From the IMG/VR virus record IMGVR_UViG_3300025519_000044, positions 27,359-91,358 of that record: a stretch of DNA of 64,000 nt. One strand, 5' to 3'. The translations under genes and the position numbers were made by a program. Of this stretch, positions 1 through 11,258 are shown piece by piece. The notes beneath the pieces are model-generated. The model was not told the origin of the DNA, did no database searches, and saw only the letters and a program-made list of their open reading frames with translations. This DNA comes from a virus. The stretch's first letter is position 1, and every line of letters begins with the position of its first letter.

Positions 1-1
1 C

Positions 2-346
2 GTTATTGAGGCTGGTCTGAAAGAACTAATTCATGTCATGGCCGAAATGTTGGTACTTTACGGCGAGTTAGACAGCATACCAGAAATCGATGTGACGGTT
101 GACTTTGACGACTCCATTGCTGAGGACCGCATCCAGAACGCGAATTTCTACATGACACTAGTCGCAGCCGAACTCATGCCAAAGATTGAAGCCATTCAGC
201 GCATCTTTGATTTGACCGAAGAACAGGCGCAGGAATGGCTCAAGCAAATTCAGCAAGAGAGCACCCAACAGGTGCCACAGATGATGGAAAGCTTTTTGAG
301 CACAGCTGAAACAAGTATCCGAAACGTAAACAGGACGGGGAGATAA
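2..346 (+). CDS. Portal protein, C-terminal part (A118/SPP1-like); 5' end outside window
   Basis: Frame open from base 2; V.FDDSI..D motif; directly precedes minor capsid gene. Confidence 0.8.
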   Translation, partial: VIEAGLKELIHVMAEMLVLYGELDSIPEIDVTVDFDDSIAEDRIQNANFYMTLVAAELMPKIEAIQRIFDLTEEQAQEWLKQIQQESTQQVPQMMESFLSTAETSIRNVNRTGR

Positions 347-349
347 TCT

Positions 350-1459
350 ATGCTAACCCCAAACCAACTGGAACAGCTGGCAAAGCCCCTGATTGACATT
401 TACGGTCAACTGGAATCAGACATCATCAAAGCCATCGTGAAGCGTCTGGAGACAAAACAGGACGTGACAAAAGACAATATACTGCAATGGCAATTTGAGA
501 AACTGCGGCAACTTGGTGACCTGAATAAAGACGTGATAAAACTTATTGCCATGATGTCAGGGAGAACGGAAAAGGAACTTGAAACACTCGTGAAAGAGAG
601 CATGAAACAAAGCGTGCAGCCGATGGATGATTGGTTGAGCGGACTGGCGGCAGACGGGAAGGTTGACCAGGCACCGCCGCTTGACCAGGACACGCGCATT
701 TTCAATACGCTACTGACGTTTCAAAATCAAGCGAAACAAACGCTGAACTTAACAAATTCTACTATCCTAGCGAACAGCCATCAAGTTTATCGGGATATCA
801 TCTCACAGGCGACGGCAAGTGTTATGACTGGAATGAAAACACACCAACAGGCAGTGGCAGATACAGCGGCTAAATGGGCAGAGAAAGGCATTCCGGCACT
901 TGTCGATAAAAAGGGGAGACAATGGTCAATTGAGGGCTATATCCCAATGGTGATTAAGTCTGTGGCAAATAACGTGGCAAATCAAACGCAATTCGATCGT
1001 ATGGACAGCTATGGCGTGGACTTAATCGAAATCAGTAGCCATATCGGTGCTCGCCCGGGATGTGCTCCCTATCAGGGCCGTATATTCGACCGTAACGGGA
1101 AAAGCAAAAAGTATCCATCATTGGAGAGTACAACATACGGGCAGCCGGCGGGTATATTTGGGATTAACTGCCATCATCACCCATACCCGTACATCCCCGG
1201 TGTAAGCGTGAAGCGGTACGAACCGTACCCAAAAGAGGAAAACGACAAAGCCTATGAGCAAAGTCAGCAACAACGGAAGCTGGAACGGGATATCCGAAAA
1301 GCGAAGAACAAACTCAATGTCATGAAGAAACTTGGTAGAGAAGATGATATTGCAGCGGCCAGAAAGAAAGTACGCGAAAAGCAGGCAAACATGCGGGCGT
1401 TTATTAACGAAACCGGCATGACGCGGCGGTATGACCGGGAACAAATTATTAAAGGATGA
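350..1459 (+). CDS. Phage minor capsid protein (A118 gp4-like)
   Basis: SSH.GARP.CAPYQG and G.NC.H motifs; position after portal. Confidence 0.9.
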   Translation: MLTPNQLEQLAKPLIDIYGQLESDIIKAIVKRLETKQDVTKDNILQWQFEKLRQLGDLNKDVIKLIAMMSGRTEKELETLVKESMKQSVQPMDDWLSGLAADGKVDQAPPLDQDTRIFNTLLTFQNQAKQTLNLTNSTILANSHQVYRDIISQATASVMTGMKTHQQAVADTAAKWAEKGIPALVDKKGRQWSIEGYIPMVIKSVANNVANQTQFDRMDSYGVDLIEISSHIGARPGCAPYQGRIFDRNGKSKKYPSLESTTYGQPAGIFGINCHHHPYPYIPGVSVKRYEPYPKEENDKAYEQSQQQRKLERDIRKAKNKLNVMKKLGREDDIAAARKKVREKQANMRAFINETGMTRRYDREQIIKG

Positions 1460-1739
1460 TTGGCCATGAAATACGATGTGTGCACAAAAGAAAGAAAATT
1501 TGAAGTCGATGGTGTTGCTTACGTTTACTTTGAGTACGGTGTTCGATTTGCTGACGAGCTCGGAAGAACTTTGGCTTTGGTTCCGTTAAGATTATATCAT
1601 TAAGGGCGTGCAAGGCGAGTTCTACCCATGCAAGCCGGATATTTTCGAGCAATCCTACGAGACAACCGAATAGAAGGAGGTGATCCAACATCTCGGAGCT
1701 ACGCCGTTTATGTGGCATTTTAATCTAGGAGGGAATCGT

Positions 1740-1997
1740 ATGATGAATGCACTAATTCCGGATTGTTGTGAACAATGTGAAGGAAAATACCCGGACGGAA
1801 GCTATGTCGTACCAAACAGCAATAATGTCCCGGGTAGAATAGGAAAACCGGCACAGGTTTTAGCCTGCTGCAATGGTTGCTTTTATATCCTTGATTTTGG
1901 AGACGGTAAAGGATCGTGTAAATGGTTCTGTGAAGATGAACTAGAACCTGTAAAAAATATGGGCAATTTGGTCACAATGAATAGCCAGATGAATTAA
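1740..1997 (+). CDS. Small Cys-rich protein, possible SH3-like fold (moron)
   Basis: GGAGGG RBS before ATG 1740; 8 Cys; followed by terminator. Confidence 0.55.
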   Translation: MMNALIPDCCEQCEGKYPDGSYVVPNSNNVPGRIGKPAQVLACCNGCFYILDFGDGKGSCKWFCEDELEPVKNMGNLVTMNSQMN

Positions 1998-2002
1998 TTA
2001 AA

Positions 2003-2024
2003 TCGCCAATAGGCGGCTTTTTTA
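2003..2024 (+). terminator. Rho-independent terminator
   Basis: TCGCC-aata-GGCGG followed by T run. Confidence 0.55.
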
Positions 2025-2047
2025 TTGCCTAGAAAGGAGCGAAATAC

Positions 2048-2710
2048 ATGTTTAACCTTTTGCGATTAGACTTGCAATTTCATGCTGCGGACACCGGAGC
2101 AGACGGCGGCAGTGCACCGGGTGATACCGGGCGAGGGGGTGATCAACAAACACAGACGCAGCAAACCCAGCAGACACCATCGGCTCAACCACAGCAAACA
2201 CAAACGCCGCCTGCACAGCCACCGCAGCCTGAGCCACCAAAAGTGGACACAAAGGAGATCCGCAACAAGGCTCAGGCAGACCTTTTGAAAAAGCTTGGCT
2301 TTGAAAATGTGGATGCCCTGCAGGAAGTGCTGACTAAGTACAAAGAGATTGAGGATTCGCAGAAGACCGAGTTTCAAAAGCAAGCTGAAAAGCTGCAGGA
2401 ATTGGAAACGAATTTTTCGTCCGTCTCGGAAGAAAATGCCACTTTGAAAGCCCAGATCAGCGCCATGAAAGCAGGGGTGAAGGCGGATGCCGTGGAGGAT
2501 GTTGTCGTACTCGCCAAACAGCTTATTTCTGATGATGTGGACATGGATGCCGCCATAAAGCGAGTCTTGGAAAAATACCCACAATTCGGTCAGGAAGTCA
2601 CGGCGCAACAGCAGCAAGAACCCCCAAAACCGCAGTTTACGCAAGGCCAGCACAATCCCAGCCCACAGCAAACTGAGCTGGAAAAGTGGCTTGCGGCATT
2701 TAAAAAATAA
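2048..2710 (+). CDS. Capsid scaffolding protein
   Basis: LDLQFHA N-terminus, Q/P-rich linker, coiled coil, directly upstream of capsid gene. Confidence 0.85.
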   Translation: MFNLLRLDLQFHAADTGADGGSAPGDTGRGGDQQTQTQQTQQTPSAQPQQTQTPPAQPPQPEPPKVDTKEIRNKAQADLLKKLGFENVDALQEVLTKYKEIEDSQKTEFQKQAEKLQELETNFSSVSEENATLKAQISAMKAGVKADAVEDVVVLAKQLISDDVDMDAAIKRVLEKYPQFGQEVTAQQQQEPPKPQFTQGQHNPSPQQTELEKWLAAFKK

Positions 2711-2732
2711 AATTTTAGGAGAGTGATAGAGA

Positions 2733-3647
2733 ATGGCATCAGTAAACTATGCCGAACTGTATTTACAGGCACTTCAACAAAGATTCGTTGATGCCCTTAT
2801 GTTTAATGACCTTTACAATACGCCAAACAATGACAATATCAAATGGATTAATGCGAAAACCGTCCAAATCCCTCATATTGTTGTTGGTGGGTATCAAGAT
2901 GTTGCTCGTGATGCCGTAGGCGGTTATACTCGCCGCGCTGACAACGCATGGGAAAGCAAGACCTTGCAACACGATCGGGAATTCCGCACGCTTGTTGACC
3001 CGACAGATATCGATGAAACAAACCTTGCTTTAAGCATCGCCAATATTACCCGGGTTTTCAATGACGAGGAAAAAATTCCGGAACTTGACAAATACATGGC
3101 GTCAAAACTGTACACGGAATTTACCAAATATGGCGGTACTGCATTGACGGACAACATCACGGAATCAACTGTTTTGGGCATGTATGATGAACTGATGTAT
3201 GAAATGGATGAAGCTGAAGTACCGCAAAACGGACGTATTCTTTATGTGACACCAACGGTTTCAAAAGTGCTGAAAAACGCCGATAAAGTGACTCGTTTCT
3301 TGCAAGTGACGGATGCAGGTGGCGCCATTAATCGTAATGTTCGTTCACTCGATGAAGTTAAAATTGTAACGGTTCCATCGTCCCGGATGAAAACCATTTA
3401 CAACTTTACGGATGGCGCAGTTGCGGACACATCGGCTGCCCAAATCAATATGATCTTGGTCCATCCGTTATCGATCATCACCCCGATGAAATATGAATTT
3501 GTGTCTTTGAGTGAACCAAGCGCCGTAACAGGCGGCAAATACCTGTACTACGAACGCGCTTACTGGGATGTATTTGTGCTTGAACAAAAAGCACCTGGCA
3601 TTAAATTTGCGATCACACAACCTACTCAACAACAGTCAGGGTCTTAA
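2733..3647 (+). CDS. Major capsid protein
   Basis: L.HDR.F..VDP.DIDET motif, size and position. Confidence 0.9.
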   Translation: MASVNYAELYLQALQQRFVDALMFNDLYNTPNNDNIKWINAKTVQIPHIVVGGYQDVARDAVGGYTRRADNAWESKTLQHDREFRTLVDPTDIDETNLALSIANITRVFNDEEKIPELDKYMASKLYTEFTKYGGTALTDNITESTVLGMYDELMYEMDEAEVPQNGRILYVTPTVSKVLKNADKVTRFLQVTDAGGAINRNVRSLDEVKIVTVPSSRMKTIYNFTDGAVADTSAAQINMILVHPLSIITPMKYEFVSLSEPSAVTGGKYLYYERAYWDVFVLEQKAPGIKFAITQPTQQQSGS

Positions 3648-3695
3648 TAGAGGAGCTTTACGCTCCTCTTTATTATTGTAAGGGAGGCATAGACA

Positions 3696-3932
3696 ATGGG
3701 TGAAATTAGAGTGCGAAAAGAAAACCGCGTCCTAACCATTCCAGAAACACGCCTGCATGTTTATCTGCAAGATGGATATGACCAGATCGACGATGTCGGA
3801 AATGTCATTAAAAGGGCAACCGGTGGACGTATGGTTTCACTCGCCGAATATAATCGGCTGCTTGACCGTGTGGCGGAACTGGAAAATGAACTTGCAGCTC
3901 CAAAAGGAACCAAGCAGAAAAAGAGTGAGTGA
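3696..3932 (+). CDS. Small head-associated hypothetical protein
   Basis: GGAGG RBS; ORF in head module. Confidence 0.65.
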   Translation: MGEIRVRKENRVLTIPETRLHVYLQDGYDQIDDVGNVIKRATGGRMVSLAEYNRLLDRVAELENELAAPKGTKQKKSE

Positions 3933-4372
3933 CGATGAAATACATCGATCAGAATTTCTACACGAACGAATACGGCGGTACGCCAATCCAAGACGATAAA
4001 TTTGAGCAGATAGCAAACGCGGCGGAACGTGCGATCGACCAAGCAACCTTTTTCCGCCTGAGCGAAAAGGATTTCGCAAAGTTCGTTCCGCGGATTCAAT
4101 GGCTTGTAAAAATGGCAATATCCGCGCAGATGGAGTATTTTTATGAACTAGGCAGCCACACGGAAGCGGGCATGCAGACGGTACAAAGTGCATCAATCGG
4201 CGGGTTTAGCTTTACGGATCCGCAGAAGGACAATAAGAAAAACTTATTGCGGTCCGATGTTGCAATGGAATATCTTGCGCAAACAGGGCTGATGTACAAC
4301 GGCGTGGACGTGCGTGAAACGTCGTTTATTCCCTTTGTGGGACCGTTCAGGGGTGATTACTATCTTTATTAG
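3929..4372 (+). CDS. Head-tail connector/adaptor
   Basis: A..ID..T and S.SIG.FS motifs; gene order. Confidence 0.75.
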   Translation: MTMKYIDQNFYTNEYGGTPIQDDKFEQIANAAERAIDQATFFRLSEKDFAKFVPRIQWLVKMAISAQMEYFYELGSHTEAGMQTVQSASIGGFSFTDPQKDNKKNLLRSDVAMEYLAQTGLMYNGVDVRETSFIPFVGPFRGDYYLY

Positions 4373-4727
4373 ACCGATTCCACCTATTATGATGCCGCAC
4401 ACCGTACAGCTACATTCTTACACAGGTAGCAGCCGATATGGTGATTCATACGCGGATCCGGTCACGATCACACATGTTCGTGTTGTGCCAAAGTCTCAGC
4501 TAAAATTCGGAGCCAACGCTGAAACAATCGACTTTATATCTATGCTGTATATCGATGTAAACACGTCAAATCAAGTCGTGAATGGCATAGAACAGGATTT
4601 GAAAATTGTCCCGAAAGAAAAAGACAAGGTGACGTATGACGGCAAGGATTACATCATCAGTAACGCGAATGAGCTACTGGCCGGAAATGAAGTCCATCAT
4701 TATGAGTGCGAACTGAACGGGATGTGA
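4314..4727 (+). CDS. Head closure / minor capsid 1 family (start uncertain)
   Basis: C-terminal VHHYE.EL; A118-like gene order. Confidence 0.7.
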   Translation: MKRRLFPLWDRSGVITIFIRPIPPIMMPHTVQLHSYTGSSRYGDSYADPVTITHVRVVPKSQLKFGANAETIDFISMLYIDVNTSNQVVNGIEQDLKIVPKEKDKVTYDGKDYIISNANELLAGNEVHHYECELNGM

Positions 4728-4732
4728 ACAGA

Positions 4733-5086
4733 ATGATTAGCGTACAAGTCGATATCGGGAATATCCCTAAAAAAATCGATAAAGCGATAGCATACGGGCT
4801 ATACGTCACAAGCGAACAAGTGCGGAAAGATTGTAATTACTATATCCCAAAAGATCAAGGCACGTTGGAACGGTCATCTTTTCAGGCATCGGATTTGCAG
4901 CGTGGTGAAATTGTTTGGGATACGCCCTATGCGCGACGACTTTATTACCATCCAGAATACAATTTTTCTAAAGACAAAAACCCGCATGCTCGTGGCTTGT
5001 GGTTTGAAGAAGCAAAGGCAACACGTGGTAGTCAATGGAGAACCGTTGCACAGGAAGGAGTGAAACGGGGACTTGACAGAGAATAA
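4733..5086 (+). CDS. Minor capsid 2 family neck protein
   Basis: YIPKD.GTL..S, TPYARRLYY and WFE.AK motifs. Confidence 0.85.
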   Translation: MISVQVDIGNIPKKIDKAIAYGLYVTSEQVRKDCNYYIPKDQGTLERSSFQASDLQRGEIVWDTPYARRLYYHPEYNFSKDKNPHARGLWFEEAKATRGSQWRTVAQEGVKRGLDRE

Positions 5087-5501
5087 CGCAAACGAACTCG
5101 ATTTTCAGGACTGTATGATTGACGCAATTGAAGCAAATTGCAATCTGTTTGCACCTATCGATGTTCCAATCATCAGGATCAACGAGGACGGCACAGGCAG
5201 TGGTATCGCCTTCATGTTAACACCGATTGGCGAGGAAACAAGATACATGGATGGTGGCCGTGACAGGATGTACGCTTTTCAAATTAGTGCTCGCAGCCCT
5301 GACCAGCTACAAGTTTTAAACACATTATTCAGTATCAATAGGTTCATAGATGGGCTAAAAAGCGGAGATATCCAAAGCAAAAATGGAACATTTGAGTTTA
5401 TTAATGCCGTGGTGCGAAGCGTGCCGAATTTGGTGCAGGCCGACACTCACGGTTTTTTATATGTCTCAAATTTCGAAGCTGAACTTTTATTGAAGGAGTG
5501 A
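5073..5501 (+). CDS. Minor capsid 3 family / tail terminator
   Basis: Gene order before major tail protein; YMDG motif. Confidence 0.7.
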   Translation: MTENNANELDFQDCMIDAIEANCNLFAPIDVPIIRINEDGTGSGIAFMLTPIGEETRYMDGGRDRMYAFQISARSPDQLQVLNTLFSINRFIDGLKSGDIQSKNGTFEFINAVVRSVPNLVQADTHGFLYVSNFEAELLLKE

Positions 5502-5506
5502 TCTAA

Positions 5507-5986
5507 ATGGCTTTTAATCTGAACTATAAGAACAAGTTCGAGATTGATACCAAAGGCAACCTGGATCCGAACCAAATCGACGGCGCAACTTTTGAACCAT
5601 TGGCCGCCGGAATTTCAAGTGTAACACCATCACCGGGTGACACTACGGACAATACGGCCTATTACGATGGCGATGGCTTTGCCAACACAGATGTCACCGG
5701 GAAAAACTTTTCAATCGCATTCAGCGGCAACCGCGTAGAAGGGGATGCAGCCCAGGATTACGTTGCAAGCAAAGAATTCGCAATCGGCGACGACGTAAAA
5801 ACATTACTTCGCTGGACCAAATCAGACGGCACAGTTTTAGTGGCGCAAATTACGATGAGCGCAATCACCACATCAGGTGGTAATGCAAACGCAAAACAAA
5901 CATTTTCGTTCACGGCAAACATTAATGGCCTGCCAATAGTAACCGCGCCAACAGGCAGCGGAACAACAGAAACGACAGGGGCTTAA
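5507..5986 (+). CDS. Major tail (tube) protein
   Basis: YYDG.G, FSG.R..GD.AQDY and GG.AN motifs of A118-like tails. Confidence 0.85.
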   Translation: MAFNLNYKNKFEIDTKGNLDPNQIDGATFEPLAAGISSVTPSPGDTTDNTAYYDGDGFANTDVTGKNFSIAFSGNRVEGDAAQDYVASKEFAIGDDVKTLLRWTKSDGTVLVAQITMSAITTSGGNANAKQTFSFTANINGLPIVTAPTGSGTTETTGA

Positions 5987-6061
5987 TGAATAACACCATG
6001 GATGGCGATATTTCGCCATCCTATTTTTTAGCATAAAGGAGCATAAAGGGGAGAAATAATC

Positions 6062-6490
6062 ATGATTAAAATTGACCTAAACGAAACAAAAAAAGATTTC
6101 AGAATAAAAGATAAAACATTCACCGCCAACTTTTCGGATGACACGTTGCGCCATTATTTCGAGATTGGCAAGGAAATAGACAAATTGGATAAGGATTTTG
6201 AAGAAAAATTTCCAGACATTGAGAATGAACGAGATTTTGGAAAAGTAGCACAGGCCGTTATTGAAGCATTGCCAGTCCGGGCGGAATCCTACCAAGAATT
6301 TTTTGATGAAACCTTTGGCGAAGGATCCGGGGCCGAAATTTACGAGATTTGTGGAGAAAGTACGCCAAACATGAAAAAAGTATTTGATGCAGTATGGAAC
6401 GAGATTTTAAAACACATGGCGGGAATTGAAACGAAAGAAGAGACCACGGCCAAGAAATACATCAAGAATAAAAACATTCAAAGGCGATAG
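6062..6490 (+). CDS. Tail assembly chaperone
   Basis: Position; FD..FG.G motif. Confidence 0.7.
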   Translation: MIKIDLNETKKDFRIKDKTFTANFSDDTLRHYFEIGKEIDKLDKDFEEKFPDIENERDFGKVAQAVIEALPVRAESYQEFFDETFGEGSGAEIYEICGESTPNMKKVFDAVWNEILKHMAGIETKEETTAKKYIKNKNIQRR

Positions 6491-6496
6491 ATAACC

Positions 6497-7114
6497 ATGT
6501 TGAGCCTAAAACAGCCGTTAGAAAGCGAAATAGAAATAAACGGAAAAAGATATCAACTAGATTTATCTTTTGACAATGTTTTGCGGTGGTACGATTTGAT
6601 GAATGACGACGAAGTAAACGAAATTGGAAAAATAAATTTTGCATACATGATGTTTGTCATTGATTGTCCAGACGTAGACATAGACACAAAAATTGCAACC
6701 GTAAAGGCCATTTCAGAATATATCCAAGGTGATGAAGAAACCGGAGAAAACGACGATTCAAACAATACAAAAGAGTATTTGAGCTTTGAAAAAGATGCAG
6801 ATTATATCTTTGCATCATTCATGCAAGAATATGGGATTGACCTAATAGAGCAGCAGGGAAAGCTACGGTGGGAAAAATTTATTGCACTTTTTAACGGTAT
6901 GAGATCCGAAACGAAAATTAATCAAATAATCGGGATCCGGGCCGCAGATTTGCCAACCGGTAACAGCCCGGCAGAAATTGCCGAGCGCAACCGACTAATT
7001 GAATTAAAAGACCTTTATGCACTAGATAAAGAAGCATCTGTATCATTGCAGGAAAAAGCAATGGACGATATGTTTGAACGACTAGTAAAAAGCGCACAGC
7101 AAAACAAGAAATGA
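6497..7114 (+). CDS. A118 Gp15-family tail chaperone
   Basis: LSFDNVL, DA.YI.ASF.Q.YGIDL and L.W.KF.AL motifs. Confidence 0.85.
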   Translation: MLSLKQPLESEIEINGKRYQLDLSFDNVLRWYDLMNDDEVNEIGKINFAYMMFVIDCPDVDIDTKIATVKAISEYIQGDEETGENDDSNNTKEYLSFEKDADYIFASFMQEYGIDLIEQQGKLRWEKFIALFNGMRSETKINQIIGIRAADLPTGNSPAEIAERNRLIELKDLYALDKEASVSLQEKAMDDMFERLVKSAQQNKK

Positions 7115-7132
7115 AGGGGGTGAAATAGAAAA

Positions 7133-10100
7133 ATGAGCGATGGGAAAGTTGTAATAGACGTAGTGCTAGACGATACAAAAGTAAAATCCGACGTCGACAT
7201 TATAGAACGGCTGCTGCAGCATTTAGGCGAAAAGGCCGGCAATAACATGGACAAAAATTTTGCCAGCAATGCCAAAAAAATGGTGCAAGAAGCGGAAAAG
7301 GCCAGAAGTAATCTTGAAAAAGCATTCAACGAAAAAATAGAACAAAAAGTCGAAGTACGAGACAATGCCACCACAAAGGCAAAAAAAGTAGAAAACGACA
7401 TAAAAGACGAATTCGATAAAAAAATCGAGCAAAAAATTGATGTAAAAGACGATGCCACCAAAAAAGCGGCGCAGGTGGAGCGGAACATAAAAAATAAAGC
7501 CGACAATCCATTTAATTTTAAATTGGAAATTGATAAAGACACCATCAGTAGCATAAAAAAAGCGTTTGATACCGTGGACAAAGAAGCCGACGAAGCCGCG
7601 CAGCATGTTTCTGTTTTCAAAGGAGCATTTGCCGGTACGTTTGCTGCGAACATTGTAACCGGGGCTCTTGAACATGCAAAAGAAGGATTTAAAAGCATGA
7701 TAGAAGCCGGGATTGAATACAACGCAACGCAAGATAAAATGTTGGCAACCTGGAAAACACTGACAGGAAGCGCGACGCTTGGGAAACAAATGGTAGACAT
7801 GGTAAACAAATTTCAAAGACAGACCGGCTATGCAACGGAAACACTGGACGAAATGGAACAAAAAATTTACCACATAAAATCAAGCGCATCCGAAACAGAA
7901 ACCATGACAAAGGCATTTACAACATTAGGTGATGCCATGGGCCTTTCAAACGAACGACTGCTCGGCGTAACAGAGCAATTTTCGCAAATGATGGCAACCG
8001 GAAAAGCCTACACCGGAGATTTAAACATAATGACCAACGCATTCCCGGCATTTGGCGAAGCCCTGCAGGAAACGACTGGGAAGAGCATGGGCGAGTTGCG
8101 GAAATTGGCAAGTGAGGGCAAACTTTCGGCAAAAACAGTAGAGGATACATTAATTGAAATGTCGCACAAGTATTCAGATGCAACAGAAAATGCAAACAGT
8201 ACAATCCAAGGATTGTGGAGGTCCATAGAATCAAATTGGAGCCGATTGGCCGGGAAATTTGTACAGCCAATTTTTAATCTAAAAAAGAGCGGATTCAAGG
8301 ATTTAGAAGATTGGTTGGCAAGTAGCAAAGCCGATGAATTTTTCACCAATATGGGTGAAAAAGTTGCAGCAGTCGTAAGCAAATTAACAGATATGATTGA
8401 GTTTGTGAAAGATAACAAAGACATGGTACTGGGATTTGCGAAGGCATTTGGAATTTTGACGGCGGAAATTTGGACCATCAAAAAGGTGGCCAGCGTAGTC
8501 GAAGTGATAAACACATTAAGGGGCGGCCTGGGTAATTTACGCCGGGATTATGCGCTGACGGCATCAGCAGCAACGGCAATGGGCGACGCGGAAGTGGCGG
8601 CATCCGAAAAAGCAGCAGCAGCAGGGTCCGCAACAAGTAGAGCCGGAACTTCGCTGAATAAATTCCGAGGCGTTTTGAACATTGCAGGCGCAGGATTAAT
8701 CGCATTCGGCGGCAAATGGGGCATGATTGCTGGCATAGCAGCCAACTTTATCCCGGAAATTTTAAAAGCAGGAAGCGGCATTCTAAAATTTGGCGGACAA
8801 GCGCTCGGGGCCGTAAAAAATATGCGCTTTTTAGCCGGGGCTTTTGGCGATACCGGCGCTGCGATATTTGGATTAAGCAACCCAATTGGATGGATCATAA
8901 CGGCGATTGCAGCCGTAGGAACCGGCTTTTATTATGCCTATAAATATATAAAACCATTCCGTGAAAGCATGAATGACCTGGGCGACGATTTAAAGGGCAA
9001 TTTTACCCACGCCATGAACAAGGTAAAAGAATTTTTTGCAAACCCATTGGATTTGAAAATCAAATGGGATTCGAGCGTCAGCAAATCGGATCAGAAAGCA
9101 ATCGACAGTTATACAAAGCTAGTCGATAAAGCACAAAACAAGCTAGAGGAACTGGTTATAACAGGTAAAAAGATCGGAAAGCAAGACGTTTCCGACCTGG
9201 TAAAGCCTTATGAACAAATGGCGAAGCAGATCACAAAGCATTTCGACGACGCAACAAAGAGCGCAAAGAAGAACCTTAAATATTTAGATGGTCTAAACAA
9301 AGATGAATATAACGACATTCTGAAAAAGACCACAAAAGCCAACAATCAAAACAAAAAACAGGTTCAAAAGATCACAAACGAAATAAAAGACATATACGAA
9401 AATGCAGCCAAACACCACCGAAGCCTGACGGAAGAAGAGCAGGAAAAGGTGAACAAACTGCAAAACAAAATGAACACATATGCCGCAAAAAGCGTTTCAA
9501 AATCTGCGAAAGAGCAAACAGAAATTCTGGGCAAATTGAGAGATCATGCCGGGAAACTTAGCGCACAACAAGCCGCAAAAATCGTCGCAAATGCCAAAAA
9601 GCAAGAAGAGCAAACAATCAAACACGCAAAAAATGAGTATAAAGAAGCAGTTGACCAGGCAGAAAAGAAATACAAAGGAACAAAAAATTGGGCTGACGAG
9701 CAGTATTATGTGAATGGATCGATTTCTAAAAAGGAATACGAAGACATAGTGAAAAACGCAAAGCGGCAAAAGGACCAAAGCATTCAGCACGCAAAAGACC
9801 AGCGTGACGCCGTAATCGCACACGCCAAAACACAGCAAAGAGAAACCGTCGACGCAGCCAAGAAACAAGCGGAAGGACACAGGGACGCAGTCGATTGGGA
9901 AACTGGAAAAGTATTAAGTAAGTATGATAAATTCCGGGCCAGCTTTGCACATGTAATAAACAGCATTACCGGCTTTTTTAATAAAATTTTCGATAAAATC
10001 GGTCTTGGAAAAATCAATATTCCACAATGGAAACCGGCCGGATATGCACGTGGCACAAGCGGCACAACAAAAGACGAAATCGCATTGACCGGTGAAGAAG

Positions 10101-11257
10101 GATTCGAATTGGCACACAGCCCAGGAATCGGCATATATATCGTCGGTAAATCTGGTCCGGAATTGCGATATTTGCCAAAAGGAACTTCCATTTTGCCACA
10201 CGGACCGTCCATGCAACTATTAAATAAAATGGGCATAAAAGGATATGCAAGCGGAATCGGCGACTTTTTCACCGGATTATGGCACAAGGTAGAAAGCGGC
10301 GCAAAAACGGCGGTCGATACGATTTCAGATCCGGCAAAATTGATTTCGTACATCAAAGACAAGGTGGGCCTGAGCGAATTCCAAAACAGCTATACAGGAG
10401 CAATAAAGGAACTAGCGACAGGGCTTCCTAATGAACTATTCAAGGGCATTAAAAACAAATTGAAAGATGCATTTATCGTAAATCCAAGCGGATCCGGGGT
10501 GCAGCGATGGAAACCGGCGGTTGTAAGAGCGCTGGCCATGAACGGGCTATCTACAAGCGCTGAAATGGTAAATAAAGTTTTAAGGCAAATCGCAACGGAA
10601 TCCGGCGGAAATCCGTTGGCTGTGCAGCATGGATATACAGACATAAACACCATTACAGGCGACCTTGCAAAAGGATTAATGCAGACGATTTCTGCAACAT
10701 TTAACGCATATAAATTTCCGGGCCATTCCAACATTTTTAATGGGTTCGATAACCTACTCGCCGCATTAAACTATGCGAAGCATAGATATGGAAAAAATCT
10801 TTCTGGATTGGGCGAGGGCCACGGATATGCAGACGGAACGGAAAACTCGGTCGGCGGCCATGTATATGTAGCTGAAAAAGAGCCGGAAATCATAGAAACA
10901 AAAGATGGAAGAATTGCGATTGCAACCAGACCTACCAGTTTCGACGACTTTATGGCCGGAAGCAAAGTGACGCCAATCTCAAAATTAAAACGATATGCAT
11001 CCGGAACAGTAAGTAAAATCAATGATTTTATCGGAAGCGTAGGCCAGCCAAACGTGATGATGCCGATTACAGCTTATACGCCAGCGACAACAAGTGGAAC
11101 GGCAGCAAGCCAGCCACAAATTGAAATCACAATCAAGCCACAAACGATATACACGCAAGTAGACGGAAGGACCATTCAAAAGACCGTGAAAACATGGAAC
11201 GATTACGATACAAAGGTACGCAATTTCGCTAAAGGGCAGACAGGGGTGAACTTATAA
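7133..11257 (+). CDS. Tape measure protein with C-terminal lytic transglycosylase-like domain
   Basis: 1374 aa; [10 protein letters not shown] start; ESGGNP..GLMQ motif. Confidence 0.92.
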   Translation: MSDGKVVIDVVLDDTKVKSDVDIIERLLQHLGEKAGNNMDKNFASNAKKMVQEAEKARSNLEKAFNEKIEQKVEVRDNATTKAKKVENDIKDEFDKKIEQKIDVKDDATKKAAQVERNIKNKADNPFNFKLEIDKDTISSIKKAFDTVDKEADEAAQHVSVFKGAFAGTFAANIVTGALEHAKEGFKSMIEAGIEYNATQDKMLATWKTLTGSATLGKQMVDMVNKFQRQTGYATETLDEMEQKIYHIKSSASETETMTKAFTTLGDAMGLSNERLLGVTEQFSQMMATGKAYTGDLNIMTNAFPAFGEALQETTGKSMGELRKLASEGKLSAKTVEDTLIEMSHKYSDATENANSTIQGLWRSIESNWSRLAGKFVQPIFNLKKSGFKDLEDWLASSKADEFFTNMGEKVAAVVSKLTDMIEFVKDNKDMVLGFAKAFGILTAEIWTIKKVASVVEVINTLRGGLGNLRRDYALTASAATAMGDAEVAASEKAAAAGSATSRAGTSLNKFRGVLNIAGAGLIAFGGKWGMIAGIAANFIPEILKAGSGILKFGGQALGAVKNMRFLAGAFGDTGAAIFGLSNPIGWIITAIAAVGTGFYYAYKYIKPFRESMNDLGDDLKGNFTHAMNKVKEFFANPLDLKIKWDSSVSKSDQKAIDSYTKLVDKAQNKLEELVITGKKIGKQDVSDLVKPYEQMAKQITKHFDDATKSAKKNLKYLDGLNKDEYNDILKKTTKANNQNKKQVQKITNEIKDIYENAAKHHRSLTEEEQEKVNKLQNKMNTYAAKSVSKSAKEQTEILGKLRDHAGKLSAQQAAKIVANAKKQEEQTIKHAKNEYKEAVDQAEKKYKGTKNWADEQYYVNGSISKKEYEDIVKNAKRQKDQSIQHAKDQRDAVIAHAKTQQRETVDAAKKQAEGHRDAVDWETGKVLSKYDKFRASFAHVINSITGFFNKIFDKIGLGKINIPQWKPAGYARGTSGTTKDEIALTGEEGFELAHSPGIGIYIVGKSGPELRYLPKGTSILPHGPSMQLLNKMGIKGYASGIGDFFTGLWHKVESGAKTAVDTISDPAKLISYIKDKVGLSEFQNSYTGAIKELATGLPNELFKGIKNKLKDAFIVNPSGSGVQRWKPAVVRALAMNGLSTSAEMVNKVLRQIATESGGNPLAVQHGYTDINTITGDLAKGLMQTISATFNAYKFPGHSNIFNGFDNLLAALNYAKHRYGKNLSGLGEGHGYADGTENSVGGHVYVAEKEPEIIETKDGRIAIATRPTSFDDFMAGSKVTPISKLKRYASGTVSKINDFIGSVGQPNVMMPITAYTPATTSGTAASQPQIEITIKPQTIYTQVDGRTIQKTVKTWNDYDTKVRNFAKGQTGVNL

Positions 11258-11258
11258 A

